From Candidatus Segetimicrobium genomatis (lineage in GTDB: Bacteria > Sysuimicrobiota > Sysuimicrobiia > Sysuimicrobiales > Kaftiobacteriaceae), in NCBI GenBank assembly GCA_005882335.1, contig VBAP01000060.1, forward strand, positions 850-64,849: 64,000 bases of DNA, given 5' to 3'. The position numbers were made by a program, and so were the translations under genes. Numbering within the stretch: position 1 is the first letter of the stretch; each line of letters begins with the position of its first letter. Shown piece after piece: positions 1 through 7,661 of this stretch. The notes below the pieces were generated by a model that did no database searches, was not told the DNA's origin, and saw nothing but the letters and a program-made list of their open reading frames with translations.

Positions 1-591
1 CATCCCGATATCAATAATGGGAGCGCCATAGCCTTCCAGTGAGGACGTCTGGAGGACCGCCTGGTCGGCGGTGTGGTCGACTTGTCGCAACGGCACCTGG
101 GGATCCAGCCATTGCGAGTTCTGCTCAAAGCCGTTGAAGACCAGCGGCCGGCCGACGAAGCCCTCGTCGATGAGGGACTTGGCGTACTGCACCCCCGGGC
201 TGTACCGGAACGTGAACCCCAGCTTTGTGAGTAGCCCTTTCGCCCCGGCGCGCCGAGCCAGCGTCCACGTATCCTGGAACTCATACGCCACAGGTTTCTC
301 GCACAAGACGTGCTTGCCGGCTTCGACGGCGGCGACCGCGAGCGGGTAGTGCGTATGCGACGGGGTGGCGATATCGATCACATCCAGGTCCCGTCGCGAT
401 ACCACCGCCTCCCAGTCGGCGCTGGACTCGCCCGCACCGAACTGCCGCACCGCATCGTCGGCCAGCTCGCGTTTGAGATCGCAGATGACCGCCACATCAC
501 ACCGCGGGTCGCGCAGCCAGCCCGGGATGTGGGCCGCTCGCGCCCATGCCCCGGCACCAAGCACACCGATCCTGAGCTTGCCAGTCGCCAC
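1..591 (-). CDS. Gfo/Idh/MocA family oxidoreductase, 5' part only; the gene runs off the window start
   Basis: Reverse-strand translation gives VATGKLRIGVLGAGAWA...IDIATPSHTHYPLAVAAVEAGKHVLCEKP, the Rossmann N-terminus typical of this family. A GTG start at about 589-591 was chosen by eye. The ORF track does not list this frame because it has no in-window stop. Confidence 0.55.
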   Translation of the reverse strand, partial: MATGKLRIGVLGAGAWARAAHIPGWLRDPRCDVAVICDLKRELADDAVRQFGAGESSADWEAVVSRRDLDVIDIATPSHTHYPLAVAAVEAGKHVLCEKPVAYEFQDTWTLARRAGAKGLLTKLGFTFRYSPGVQYAKSLIDEGFVGRPLVFNGFEQNSQWLDPQVPLRQVDHTADQAVLQTSSLEGYGAPIIDIGM

Positions 592-772
592 GCCACCAGG
601 TCCCTTCGAGGTGCCCGACGAGCGGGTGAACCAACCGAGGCCAGCCGGCTGCTTCCACGCATTCGTCTGCCGCGATGCCAACTCCTGGGAGCGCGGTCCA
701 CGGGAGACCGTCGTGCCTGGACAAGCGGACCCGGGCGGCGGGTGACGAAGTGTCCAGCAGGAGGGTCCAGCC

Positions 773-1063
773 GTGCACTATCTCCTCTTCTACGACGTGG
801 TCGACGATTATGTGGCCAGGCGTGCGCAATTTCGCGACGCCCATCTGAAACTGGCCCGCCAGGCCTTCCAGCGGGGTGAGCTCGTGCTTGCCGGGGCGCT
901 CGCGGATCCCGTCGATGGCGCGGTGCTGATCTTTCGAGGACCGTCTGAGCAGGCCGCAGAAGCATTCGCCCGAGCCGACCCGTACGTCATCAGCGGGCTC
1001 GTCACCAGGTGGCGGGTGCGGAAGTGGACCACCGTGGTGGGCGACGGGGCCTCGCCGCCATGA
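773..1063 (+). CDS. YciI-like small protein
   Basis: 96-aa ORF MHYLLFYDVVDDYVARR...PYVISGLV, with the size and pattern of the YciI family. GTG start. Confidence 0.5.
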   Translation: MHYLLFYDVVDDYVARRAQFRDAHLKLARQAFQRGELVLAGALADPVDGAVLIFRGPSEQAAEAFARADPYVISGLVTRWRVRKWTTVVGDGASPP

Positions 1064-1389
1064 TCGCCCGTCTCTGGTCGGCTGACACGACGCCGGCACA
1101 GGCCCCCGCCTACGCCGAGCACCTGCGGGCCCATGTCTTGCCGGCGCTAAACGCGATCGAGGGATACGCAGGGGCCACGCTCTTGGAACGGACCACCCCG
1201 GCCGCGGTGGAGATCATCGTCATCACGTGGTGGCGGTCGCTGGAGGCCATCCGCGGATTCAGTGGAGCCGACCTCGAGCACGCAGTAATCGCCGATGAGG
1301 CGGCCCGGCTGCTGACCCGGTTCGATCATCGCGTCCGGCACTTCACGCTGGTGGTGGAGGACATCCCCCGCCCGGCGACGGCGGGGTAG
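1060..1389 (+). CDS. ABM/Dabb-like alpha-beta barrel protein (putative small monooxygenase-like)
   Basis: Internal ATG at 1060 (MIARLW...) overlaps the upstream stop as ATGA. It is about 110 aa with an ...EGYAG...WRSLEA... pattern. Weak family call. Confidence 0.35.
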   Translation: MIARLWSADTTPAQAPAYAEHLRAHVLPALNAIEGYAGATLLERTTPAAVEIIVITWWRSLEAIRGFSGADLEHAVIADEAARLLTRFDHRVRHFTLVVEDIPRPATAG

Positions 1390-1427
1390 ATCGCCACCCC
1401 CGCGGGCTCGGGAAGACAGCTCCTGGC

Positions 1428-2618
1428 TTACACCGAGTGGGGCGCGCGTGCCCCGACCGCATGCTCCAGTACGCGGCCCACGACCCGGCGGGCGTCGAAA
1501 TGTTCCTCAGCCAGCGCGCGTGCCTGGCGACAGTGCCGGTCGTATTCGGACTCCGCCGTGTCGAGAGCGCGCCCCGCTTCGTCCAGATTCCGGAACCGGA
1601 AGAGCCCGTCGGCGTCGGGCAAGAAGCGGCTCGGGCCGGTATGCTGAACGATGGCGGGCTTTCCACTCGCCAGATAGCAGATGGTCCGGTCGCTGATCCA
1701 GCCGGCTTGGAGCGTCACGTAGGCCGGCTTGGCACAACTGAACTCTCCCCGCGATTGTTGAATGTATGCGCGGTAGTGGTCGGGTGTCGCGCTCACATCC
1801 CAGGCTTCGCGAATCGTCCAGCCCAGCGGCTCCATCTGGCCGCGCCACTCCTCGTAGTGGCGTCCCAGACAGATCGCCAGTTCGAGTTTCGCGGACGTGG
1901 TGGACGGCAGGCGCGCAAATTCTAAGAATGCGGCGCGCTTTTCATTGCTGAAGGTGACTCCGCGATAGTCGAACGTGCCGCCCCACCAATGCGTGAGCGT
2001 GGTGTACGGCGCGCCGGGCTCAGCCGCGGTCTGCGGCCATTCCGGGAGGAACACCGGTGGCGGCGTGTAATGCCACCGCAGGCCGCAGTCAGGGAAGCGG
2101 GTTCCCGGCGCGCCCACGGTTTCTCCGATGGTGAAGTAGAGGTCGTGGGGCGCCACCGCGATGTCGCCCGTGCTCATCCAGATCTGAAGTAGCCCCGGAT
2201 CGGTATCCACAAACGCGGATCGCCGAAAGCGACGGACGACCCGCGCCGGCAACGAGTGCCACAGGTTGACCAGCAGGTCGGCGGTGGCCGCCGCGTCCAG
2301 GTCCAGCGCCATGGCCGCCACGTCCGGCGGCAGCGGGTCACCCGGGAGTGAAAATAGCGCCAGCGATTCCGCCAGCCCGTACGGCTGCAGGCGGGCTCGC
2401 AGCATCGGGACCAGCTTCCGCGGGTCGCCCGCGCGCAGGTGCCGGGGCTTCGACGCCTGGGGCGTTCCTCGAGCACTCGGATCGACGCCTTCAAGCCAGA
2501 TGACCCGGCAGCCGAGGGCCCGCAGCGCCAGCGCCCATTGGAGATAGACCCAGAGATGGCCGCTCCCCTCGGGGTAGTCGATGGTCCTCGCGGGGGCGAG
2601 ACAGACGGTGAGGCTCAC
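1428..2618 (-). CDS. CgeB-like glycosyltransferase-family protein (Glyco_trans_1_2 / DUF3880 C-terminal domain), paralog A
   Basis: 396 aa. The C-terminus RAYIQQSRGEFSCAKP...SDRTICYLASGKPAIV...EEHFDARRVVGRVLE matches the CgeB-type GT-B C-terminal domain pattern from memory. It is one of three in-window paralogs. Its start overlaps the next gene by 4 bp. Confidence 0.5.
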   Translation of the reverse strand: MSLTVCLAPARTIDYPEGSGHLWVYLQWALALRALGCRVIWLEGVDPSARGTPQASKPRHLRAGDPRKLVPMLRARLQPYGLAESLALFSLPGDPLPPDVAAMALDLDAAATADLLVNLWHSLPARVVRRFRRSAFVDTDPGLLQIWMSTGDIAVAPHDLYFTIGETVGAPGTRFPDCGLRWHYTPPPVFLPEWPQTAAEPGAPYTTLTHWWGGTFDYRGVTFSNEKRAAFLEFARLPSTTSAKLELAICLGRHYEEWRGQMEPLGWTIREAWDVSATPDHYRAYIQQSRGEFSCAKPAYVTLQAGWISDRTICYLASGKPAIVQHTGPSRFLPDADGLFRFRNLDEAGRALDTAESEYDRHCRQARALAEEHFDARRVVGRVLEHAVGARAPHSV

Positions 2619-3823
2619 GGTACGCTCACCGAGGCGGCCCGGTGCCCGGCCGTGCCGCTGCCGAGCGCCGCGTTGAGCATGGTCGTGAGCACTCGTGTCG
2701 AGTCGAAGTGGGTCTCGGCGATATCTCGGGCGGCGCGGCAGTGGCGCTCGTAATGAGCGTTGATCTCCTCCAGCGCCTCAGCCGCGTCGCGCAGGGAGGT
2801 GAACCGGAACATGCCCTCGCCGTGGGGCAGGTAGGAGCTCGGCCCGGTGTGCTGCACGACGACCGGCTTTCCGCTGGCCAGATAGCACAGTGTCCGGTCG
2901 CTGATCCACGCGTTCTGCAGCTCCATGCACGTCGGCTTGGCGCAGCTGAACTCGCCGCGCGACCGCTGGATGTAGGCGCGGTAGGTCTCGGGGGTGCCGG
3001 CCACCTCCCTCGAGTCACACACGCGCCAGCCGCGCGACTCGAGGCGTGCCCGGTCCGCTGCATCTTTATGTTCGACCAGATATAAGGCGAGCTCGAGCGG
3101 CTGGCGCGTGTGGCGGGGCAGATCGACGAACGGGAGAAACGCCACCCGCTTCGTGTTCTCGCGCAGCACGGTCTTCCCGTCTTCAGTGACTTTCAGCCAG
3201 CTGGCCCCTGACCAGCTTGAGACGGTGGTGAATGCCTCGCACCGTGGATCGTAGACGGCAGGCCAGTCCTCGAGGCTCACCGGGCGACCGACATAGATCC
3301 AGCGGAGCCCGCAATCGGGAAAGCGGGCCGCGCTCGTCCCGACGGTTTCGCCGGTGGTCAGGTAGCAGTCGTGGGGGGGCACGGCGAGTTCGCCGCTGCT
3401 CATCCACAGCTGCAGCAGTCCCGGGTCGATGTCCACGAGCGCCGTGCGCGGGATGGCGGCAAGGAGTCGGGGGTCGATCGCGTAGTGAAAGTTCAGCAAC
3501 AGGTCCGCCCGTCGCAGGATCGCCTCGGCCTCGGCCCAGGTGCATCCGACGAACTCGAGGGCCCCGGGGCCTTCCTCCTGCGTGCGGTCGCGCCTGTACA
3601 GCAGCGTCCTGCCTTCCAACCCGAATTGTTTCATCCGCTCCAGGAAGGTTTCAAGCAGCTCGGGTTCCCGCTTGGGATCGCGGAGCGGTCGGAGCTGCTC
3701 CAGCCAGTAGACCTCGCACCCCAACCGGCGCAGCCCCGCAGCGTACTGCATATAGGCCCAGAAGTGGCCGCCGCCATCCGGAAAGTTGGCCACCTTGTAA
3801 ACCGAGATCACGACCGTGGTCAT
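2615..3823 (-). CDS. CgeB-like glycosyltransferase-family protein, paralog B
   Basis: The ORF 2615-4099 has a low-complexity N-terminal extension. The true start is placed at MTTVVISVYKVANFPDGGGHFWAYMQ (ATG 3821-3823), which overlaps the upstream ChbG stop as ATGA. Its C-terminus is homologous to paralogs A and C. Confidence 0.5.
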   Translation of the reverse strand: MTTVVISVYKVANFPDGGGHFWAYMQYAAGLRRLGCEVYWLEQLRPLRDPKREPELLETFLERMKQFGLEGRTLLYRRDRTQEEGPGALEFVGCTWAEAEAILRRADLLLNFHYAIDPRLLAAIPRTALVDIDPGLLQLWMSSGELAVPPHDCYLTTGETVGTSAARFPDCGLRWIYVGRPVSLEDWPAVYDPRCEAFTTVSSWSGASWLKVTEDGKTVLRENTKRVAFLPFVDLPRHTRQPLELALYLVEHKDAADRARLESRGWRVCDSREVAGTPETYRAYIQRSRGEFSCAKPTCMELQNAWISDRTLCYLASGKPVVVQHTGPSSYLPHGEGMFRFTSLRDAAEALEEINAHYERHCRAARDIAETHFDSTRVLTTMLNAALGSGTAGHRAASVSVP

Positions 3824-4503
3824 CGCGCGCCTTCCGGCACGGAGGTGTGGGACACGAGCGCGGGAAGGTCCTTGAAGTTTATGAGGTGGATCGCCATGTC
3901 CCCGATCGCGCCGCGCACGCGGTGGTCGCACAGCGTCCGCAGCTCTACCTCGCGCTCCGCCGTGTAACTTGAGAGGAACTCCGGCTCCACGTAGCCGGGA
4001 TGACAGCTCAGTTCGGTCACGCCGTCGCGGACCTCCGCGTCCAGCAGGTGGACCAGCCCATCGACGCCGATCTGTTCCAGATGCGTTTCGCCGCCCCATT
4101 GGCCGTAGAACTTCGAAAGGTGGTGGATTCCCGAATGTCCCCGCACCGGGACTCCGGCGGGCCGGGCCCAGGCGAGCAGGTGAGGCAGAACTCGCGGGTC
4201 GCGGTGCACGTCATGGTGGGAATCGATGTGGGTGGGAGGAACGCCGATGAGATCACGGAATCGCGCCAGCTGGCGCGCCAGGGCGGCGGGAACGCCTTCG
4301 GAGTCGTCCGGGTCCAGTTCCAGATGGAGTCCGAGGCTCAAGGTCAGATACTGGCGCCCGAGGGACGCCGCCTCCTCACAGGCCGGCCGGGTCACCATGA
4401 GGCTGGCGCTCGTGAGGACCCCACCCCGGTGTGCCTGGACGATCCCGCGGTTGATCCCGCGACTCATCCCGAAGTCATCCCCGGTGACGATGAGCCACTT
4501 CAT
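3820..4503 (-). CDS. ChbG/YdjC/HpnK-family carbohydrate deacetylase
   Basis: 227 aa. The N-terminal MKWLIVTGDDFGMSRGINRGI motif and the later DSHHDVH are family signatures. Confidence 0.75.
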   Translation of the reverse strand: MKWLIVTGDDFGMSRGINRGIVQAHRGGVLTSASLMVTRPACEEAASLGRQYLTLSLGLHLELDPDDSEGVPAALARQLARFRDLIGVPPTHIDSHHDVHRDPRVLPHLLAWARPAGVPVRGHSGIHHLSKFYGQWGGETHLEQIGVDGLVHLLDAEVRDGVTELSCHPGYVEPEFLSSYTAEREVELRTLCDHRVRGAIGDMAIHLINFKDLPALVSHTSVPEGAR

Positions 4504-4507
4504 GGCC

Positions 4508-5695
4508 TCACTCGCGCGTCACGCGGCCAGGCCGCCTCGCGCGGGCCGGTCGGCGCGGCCCGATATCCAGAGTCTGCTCCAAGACGCGGGCGACGACATC
4601 GCAGCCGTTGAAATGCTCCTCGGTGAGCTGGCGTGCGAGCCGGGCGTGACGCTCGTAGTCCGACTCCACGGCGGAAAATGCCTGCACCGCCTCGTCCATG
4701 TTTCTGAAGCGAAAGAGCCCCCCAGCATCAGGAAGGACGCGGCTGTCGCCCGTGTGCTGGACGACGGCCGGCTTGCCGCTGGCCAGGTAGCAGAGGGTCC
4801 GGTCGCTGACCCACGCGTTGGCCAGGGTCATGCATGCCGGCTTCGCGCAGCTGAACTCGCCCCGTGATTGCTGGATGTAGGCCCGGTATTGGTCGGGTGT
4901 CGCGCTCACGTCCCAGGCCTGCCGGACCTGCCACCCCAAGGGCTCCAGACGGGCCCGCCAGTCGTCATAATGCTCGCCCAGACAGATGGCCAGCTCGAGG
5001 CTCGCACAGATCCGGGACGGGAGTTCCTTGTATTCCAGGAACGAGACGTGCTTTTCCTCGTTGATGACCTGTCCCCCAAACTCGAATCGGCTTCCCCACC
5101 AGTGGGTAACCGTCGTATAGGGTGCGGTCGAGTCCACCGAGACTGTCGGCCACGCCGGCAGGAACACCGGCGGCGGCGTGTACAGCCAGCGGAGGCCGCA
5201 GTCGGGGAAACGCGCCGCTGACGTCCCGACGGTCTCGCCAATGGTGAAATAGAGATGATGTGAGGCCACTTGTACGTCGCCCCGGGTCATCCAGATCTGC
5301 AGCAGCCCCGGGTCGGTATCGACGAATGCGGCGCGTCGGAAACGGTTCACCACAGACGCGGGAAGGGAATGCCACAGGTTCAGCAGCAGGTCGGCCTCGG
5401 AGGCCGCGTCGAGATCCATGGCGTGCTCGGTCACGTCGGGCGGAAGGGGCTCGTCCGTCAGCGAGCAGAGCGCGACGGAGTCTGCCAGGCCGTAAGGCTT
5501 CAAGCGTTGCTTGAGCGTGGTAGCCAACTCCCGGGGATCACGCTCGGGATCGCCGGGGTCGATGCCTTCGAGCCAGATGACCCGCCAACCCAATGCCAGC
5601 AGTGACAGCGCCCACTGCAGGTACACCCACAGGTGGCCGCCGCCGTGAGGATACATAATGGTCCGCGCCGCCGCCAGACAGATCGCTGCGCTCAT
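4508..5695 (-). CDS. CgeB-like glycosyltransferase-family protein, paralog C
   Basis: 395 aa, MSAAICLAAARTIMYPHGGGHLWVYLQWAL...AYIQQSRGEFSCAKPACMTLANAWVSDRTLCYLASGKPAVV. It is co-linear with paralog A along most of its length. Confidence 0.5.
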   Translation of the reverse strand: MSAAICLAAARTIMYPHGGGHLWVYLQWALSLLALGWRVIWLEGIDPGDPERDPRELATTLKQRLKPYGLADSVALCSLTDEPLPPDVTEHAMDLDAASEADLLLNLWHSLPASVVNRFRRAAFVDTDPGLLQIWMTRGDVQVASHHLYFTIGETVGTSAARFPDCGLRWLYTPPPVFLPAWPTVSVDSTAPYTTVTHWWGSRFEFGGQVINEEKHVSFLEYKELPSRICASLELAICLGEHYDDWRARLEPLGWQVRQAWDVSATPDQYRAYIQQSRGEFSCAKPACMTLANAWVSDRTLCYLASGKPAVVQHTGDSRVLPDAGGLFRFRNMDEAVQAFSAVESDYERHARLARQLTEEHFNGCDVVARVLEQTLDIGPRRPARARRPGRVTRE

Positions 5696-6765
5696 GATGC
5701 TCCCACCAGCGGCGGCCGGAGGGCCTCAAACCACTGCTCGTAGGCGATCAGCTCCGCAAATCCCCAGTCGGCGCCGTCGTTCAACAGCGCCATGGCGTCA
5801 AAGAGAATACAGTGGGCGTAACGCGCGGCCTCCGCGGTGTGAAACAGCAGGTTTAACTCCGCGTCTGAAGGCAAGCGCCGGCCCGCCCGCTCCACGGCCT
5901 CGCGGTACCGGCGCAGCATCCACGGCCGCTCGTCGGGAGAGGACTGGTACAGGAGCGTGGAGACATCATAGCTGAACGGCCCTGCGCCGACATGGTCCCA
6001 ATCGATGAGCCGCGGGTGCGGGGCGGCGGCATTCATGCTCACGAAGATATTTTTCGGCCAGAGGTCGCCGTGGAGGAGGGTATCGGGCCCGCCATGCTCC
6101 TTCATGAGTCGAACGCGCCGCGGGGCGTCCTCGAGGAGTGTATGCAGGCGGTCCAGCAGGCGCGTCCGCGCGGCCGGGAACTCAGGTGGCGCGTCCCGCG
6201 GGAGGTCCGCAAGCGCGTCAAGCGCATCGATGGCGTCCCGGAGGTTCGAGAGGAAGAAGGGCGCCCCATGGTCGCGGGCGCGGCAACGGATCTCGGGTAT
6301 GAGCGAGTGGCCCGCCGCACGGGTGTGGAGCTCGGCGATAAGATCGACCGCCGCCTCCAGGCGCCACGGCAGGCGCTGCGCGGCGAGGTTGTCGTGGCCC
6401 AGATCCTCATAGATGTGCCACGTCCAGCGTCCCTCTCGCTCAGCCGCGGCTGCCAGGAGCTGCGGGCAGCGGTCTTCGAAGCCGAGCGCAGGGAGCCATC
6501 GTTCTGCGACGAGGCGATCTATTTGTGCAATGGCCGGGGTGTGGCGTTTGAGCACGAGCGCGCGACCGGGTCCGTCGCCGACCCGCAGCCGATACACCGC
6601 CTGCTTCAGCCGCTCAAGACGGATCGCCCCGTTCGAGCTCTCCGCGCGGCCGAGCATCTCCTGCAACCGCTGGTAGACCTCCGCCGCGCCGGGTTCCCGC
6701 CTCTCCTCAAGCGAGCGTACAAATCCCTGGCGCAGGTCGACGTCTTGACTCACCCGGCTCGTCAT
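5692..6765 (-). CDS. APH/CotS-like protein kinase-fold phosphotransferase (small-molecule or glycan kinase)
   Basis: 357 aa with catalytic loop HGDLWPKNIFV and downstream IDWDH, the Brenner motif of APH/choline-kinase/CotS-type kinases. Its start overlaps the upstream ATP-grasp stop. Confidence 0.65.
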   Translation of the reverse strand: MTSRVSQDVDLRQGFVRSLEERREPGAAEVYQRLQEMLGRAESSNGAIRLERLKQAVYRLRVGDGPGRALVLKRHTPAIAQIDRLVAERWLPALGFEDRCPQLLAAAAEREGRWTWHIYEDLGHDNLAAQRLPWRLEAAVDLIAELHTRAAGHSLIPEIRCRARDHGAPFFLSNLRDAIDALDALADLPRDAPPEFPAARTRLLDRLHTLLEDAPRRVRLMKEHGGPDTLLHGDLWPKNIFVSMNAAAPHPRLIDWDHVGAGPFSYDVSTLLYQSSPDERPWMLRRYREAVERAGRRLPSDAELNLLFHTAEAARYAHCILFDAMALLNDGADWGFAELIAYEQWFEALRPPLVGAS

Positions 6766-7661
6766 CGCTCACCTGCCGTGGGCATTGTACTCACCGCACC
6801 GGCGCGGCCGGGACCGCTGGCTCTTGTCTCCGCCGGCTCACGCAACGGCTGCGCCCGGGCGGCGCGCTTGGCCGTATCATACAGGTACGACGCCAGATGC
6901 GAGGGCGCGTCAGGGACGCCTTTGAACCCGGGCATGCTGGACATGTCGACGACGTACGGTCTCCCCTCACTCTCAACGATGTCGATGCCGAAGAGGTCGA
7001 TGCCGAACGCCCGGCTGCAGCGCAGGGTGATTTCGCAGAGTTCCCGGGCGGGGATGAACGGTTCCCCATGTTTCTCCGCCTCGGTCCTGGCCGGGAAGAT
7101 TTTCTTGACCCCGAACAGGCGCCCTCCGATCGAGTAGATCTTCCGGTCGCGGCCCTGGGGCGGATGGTAGCGCTGGGCGAAGAGGGGATCCTTACCCGCC
7201 GGCACCGCGGCAAGCTCGCTCAAGGTACGGACGATACGCACCCCAAACCCCTCGGTGCCCCCCACGGGCTTCACGACAAGCGGTCCCCCGTCCAGCAGCG
7301 GTGCCAGCTGGTGCAGATGCGAGGCGACATAGGTCGCAGGCGTGGGCACGCCGGCGGCCTGCAGCAGGCGGGAGGTGATGATCTTGTCGCGCAGCGCCAT
7401 GGTCACCGGGTACGGATTGACGATCGCCGCGCCCTGGGCGTGCAGCACTCCCGCGATGCTCACGGCGGGGCCACTGATCTTCTTCAAGACGTACAGATCG
7501 TGCTCGACCTGGAGGGTGGACAGGTCGACCGCATGATCCCGGGGGTGGATCACCTCGACGATGACGCCCCACTCCGCGAGCGTCCGCATGACCGCCGGCA
7601 TGTGGCTTCTGCTCGGCTGATGGTAGCGCGGCAGCAGGAATCCGATCCGTAGCGGCGTCAT
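6762..7661 (-). CDS. ATP-grasp family ligase (RimK-like fold)
   Basis: 299 aa. Contains LVVKPVGGTEGFGV and DLFGIDIVESEGRPYVVDMSSMPGF, the ATP-grasp hallmarks. Confidence 0.6.
   Translation of the reverse strand: MTPLRIGFLLPRYHQPSRSHMPAVMRTLAEWGVIVEVIHPRDHAVDLSTLQVEHDLYVLKKISGPAVSIAGVLHAQGAAIVNPYPVTMALRDKIITSRLLQAAGVPTPATYVASHLHQLAPLLDGGPLVVKPVGGTEGFGVRIVRTLSELAAVPAGKDPLFAQRYHPPQGRDRKIYSIGGRLFGVKKIFPARTEAEKHGEPFIPARELCEITLRCSRAFGIDLFGIDIVESEGRPYVVDMSSMPGFKGVPDAPSHLASYLYDTAKRAARAQPLREPAETRASGPGRAGAVSTMPTAGER

Noticed and set aside
5692-6765. APH-family kinase as an aminoglycoside-resistance gene
   Set aside because: It is translationally coupled inside a glycan biosynthesis operon and paralogous to the exporter-fused kinase domain. 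A resistance role is not supported by context.
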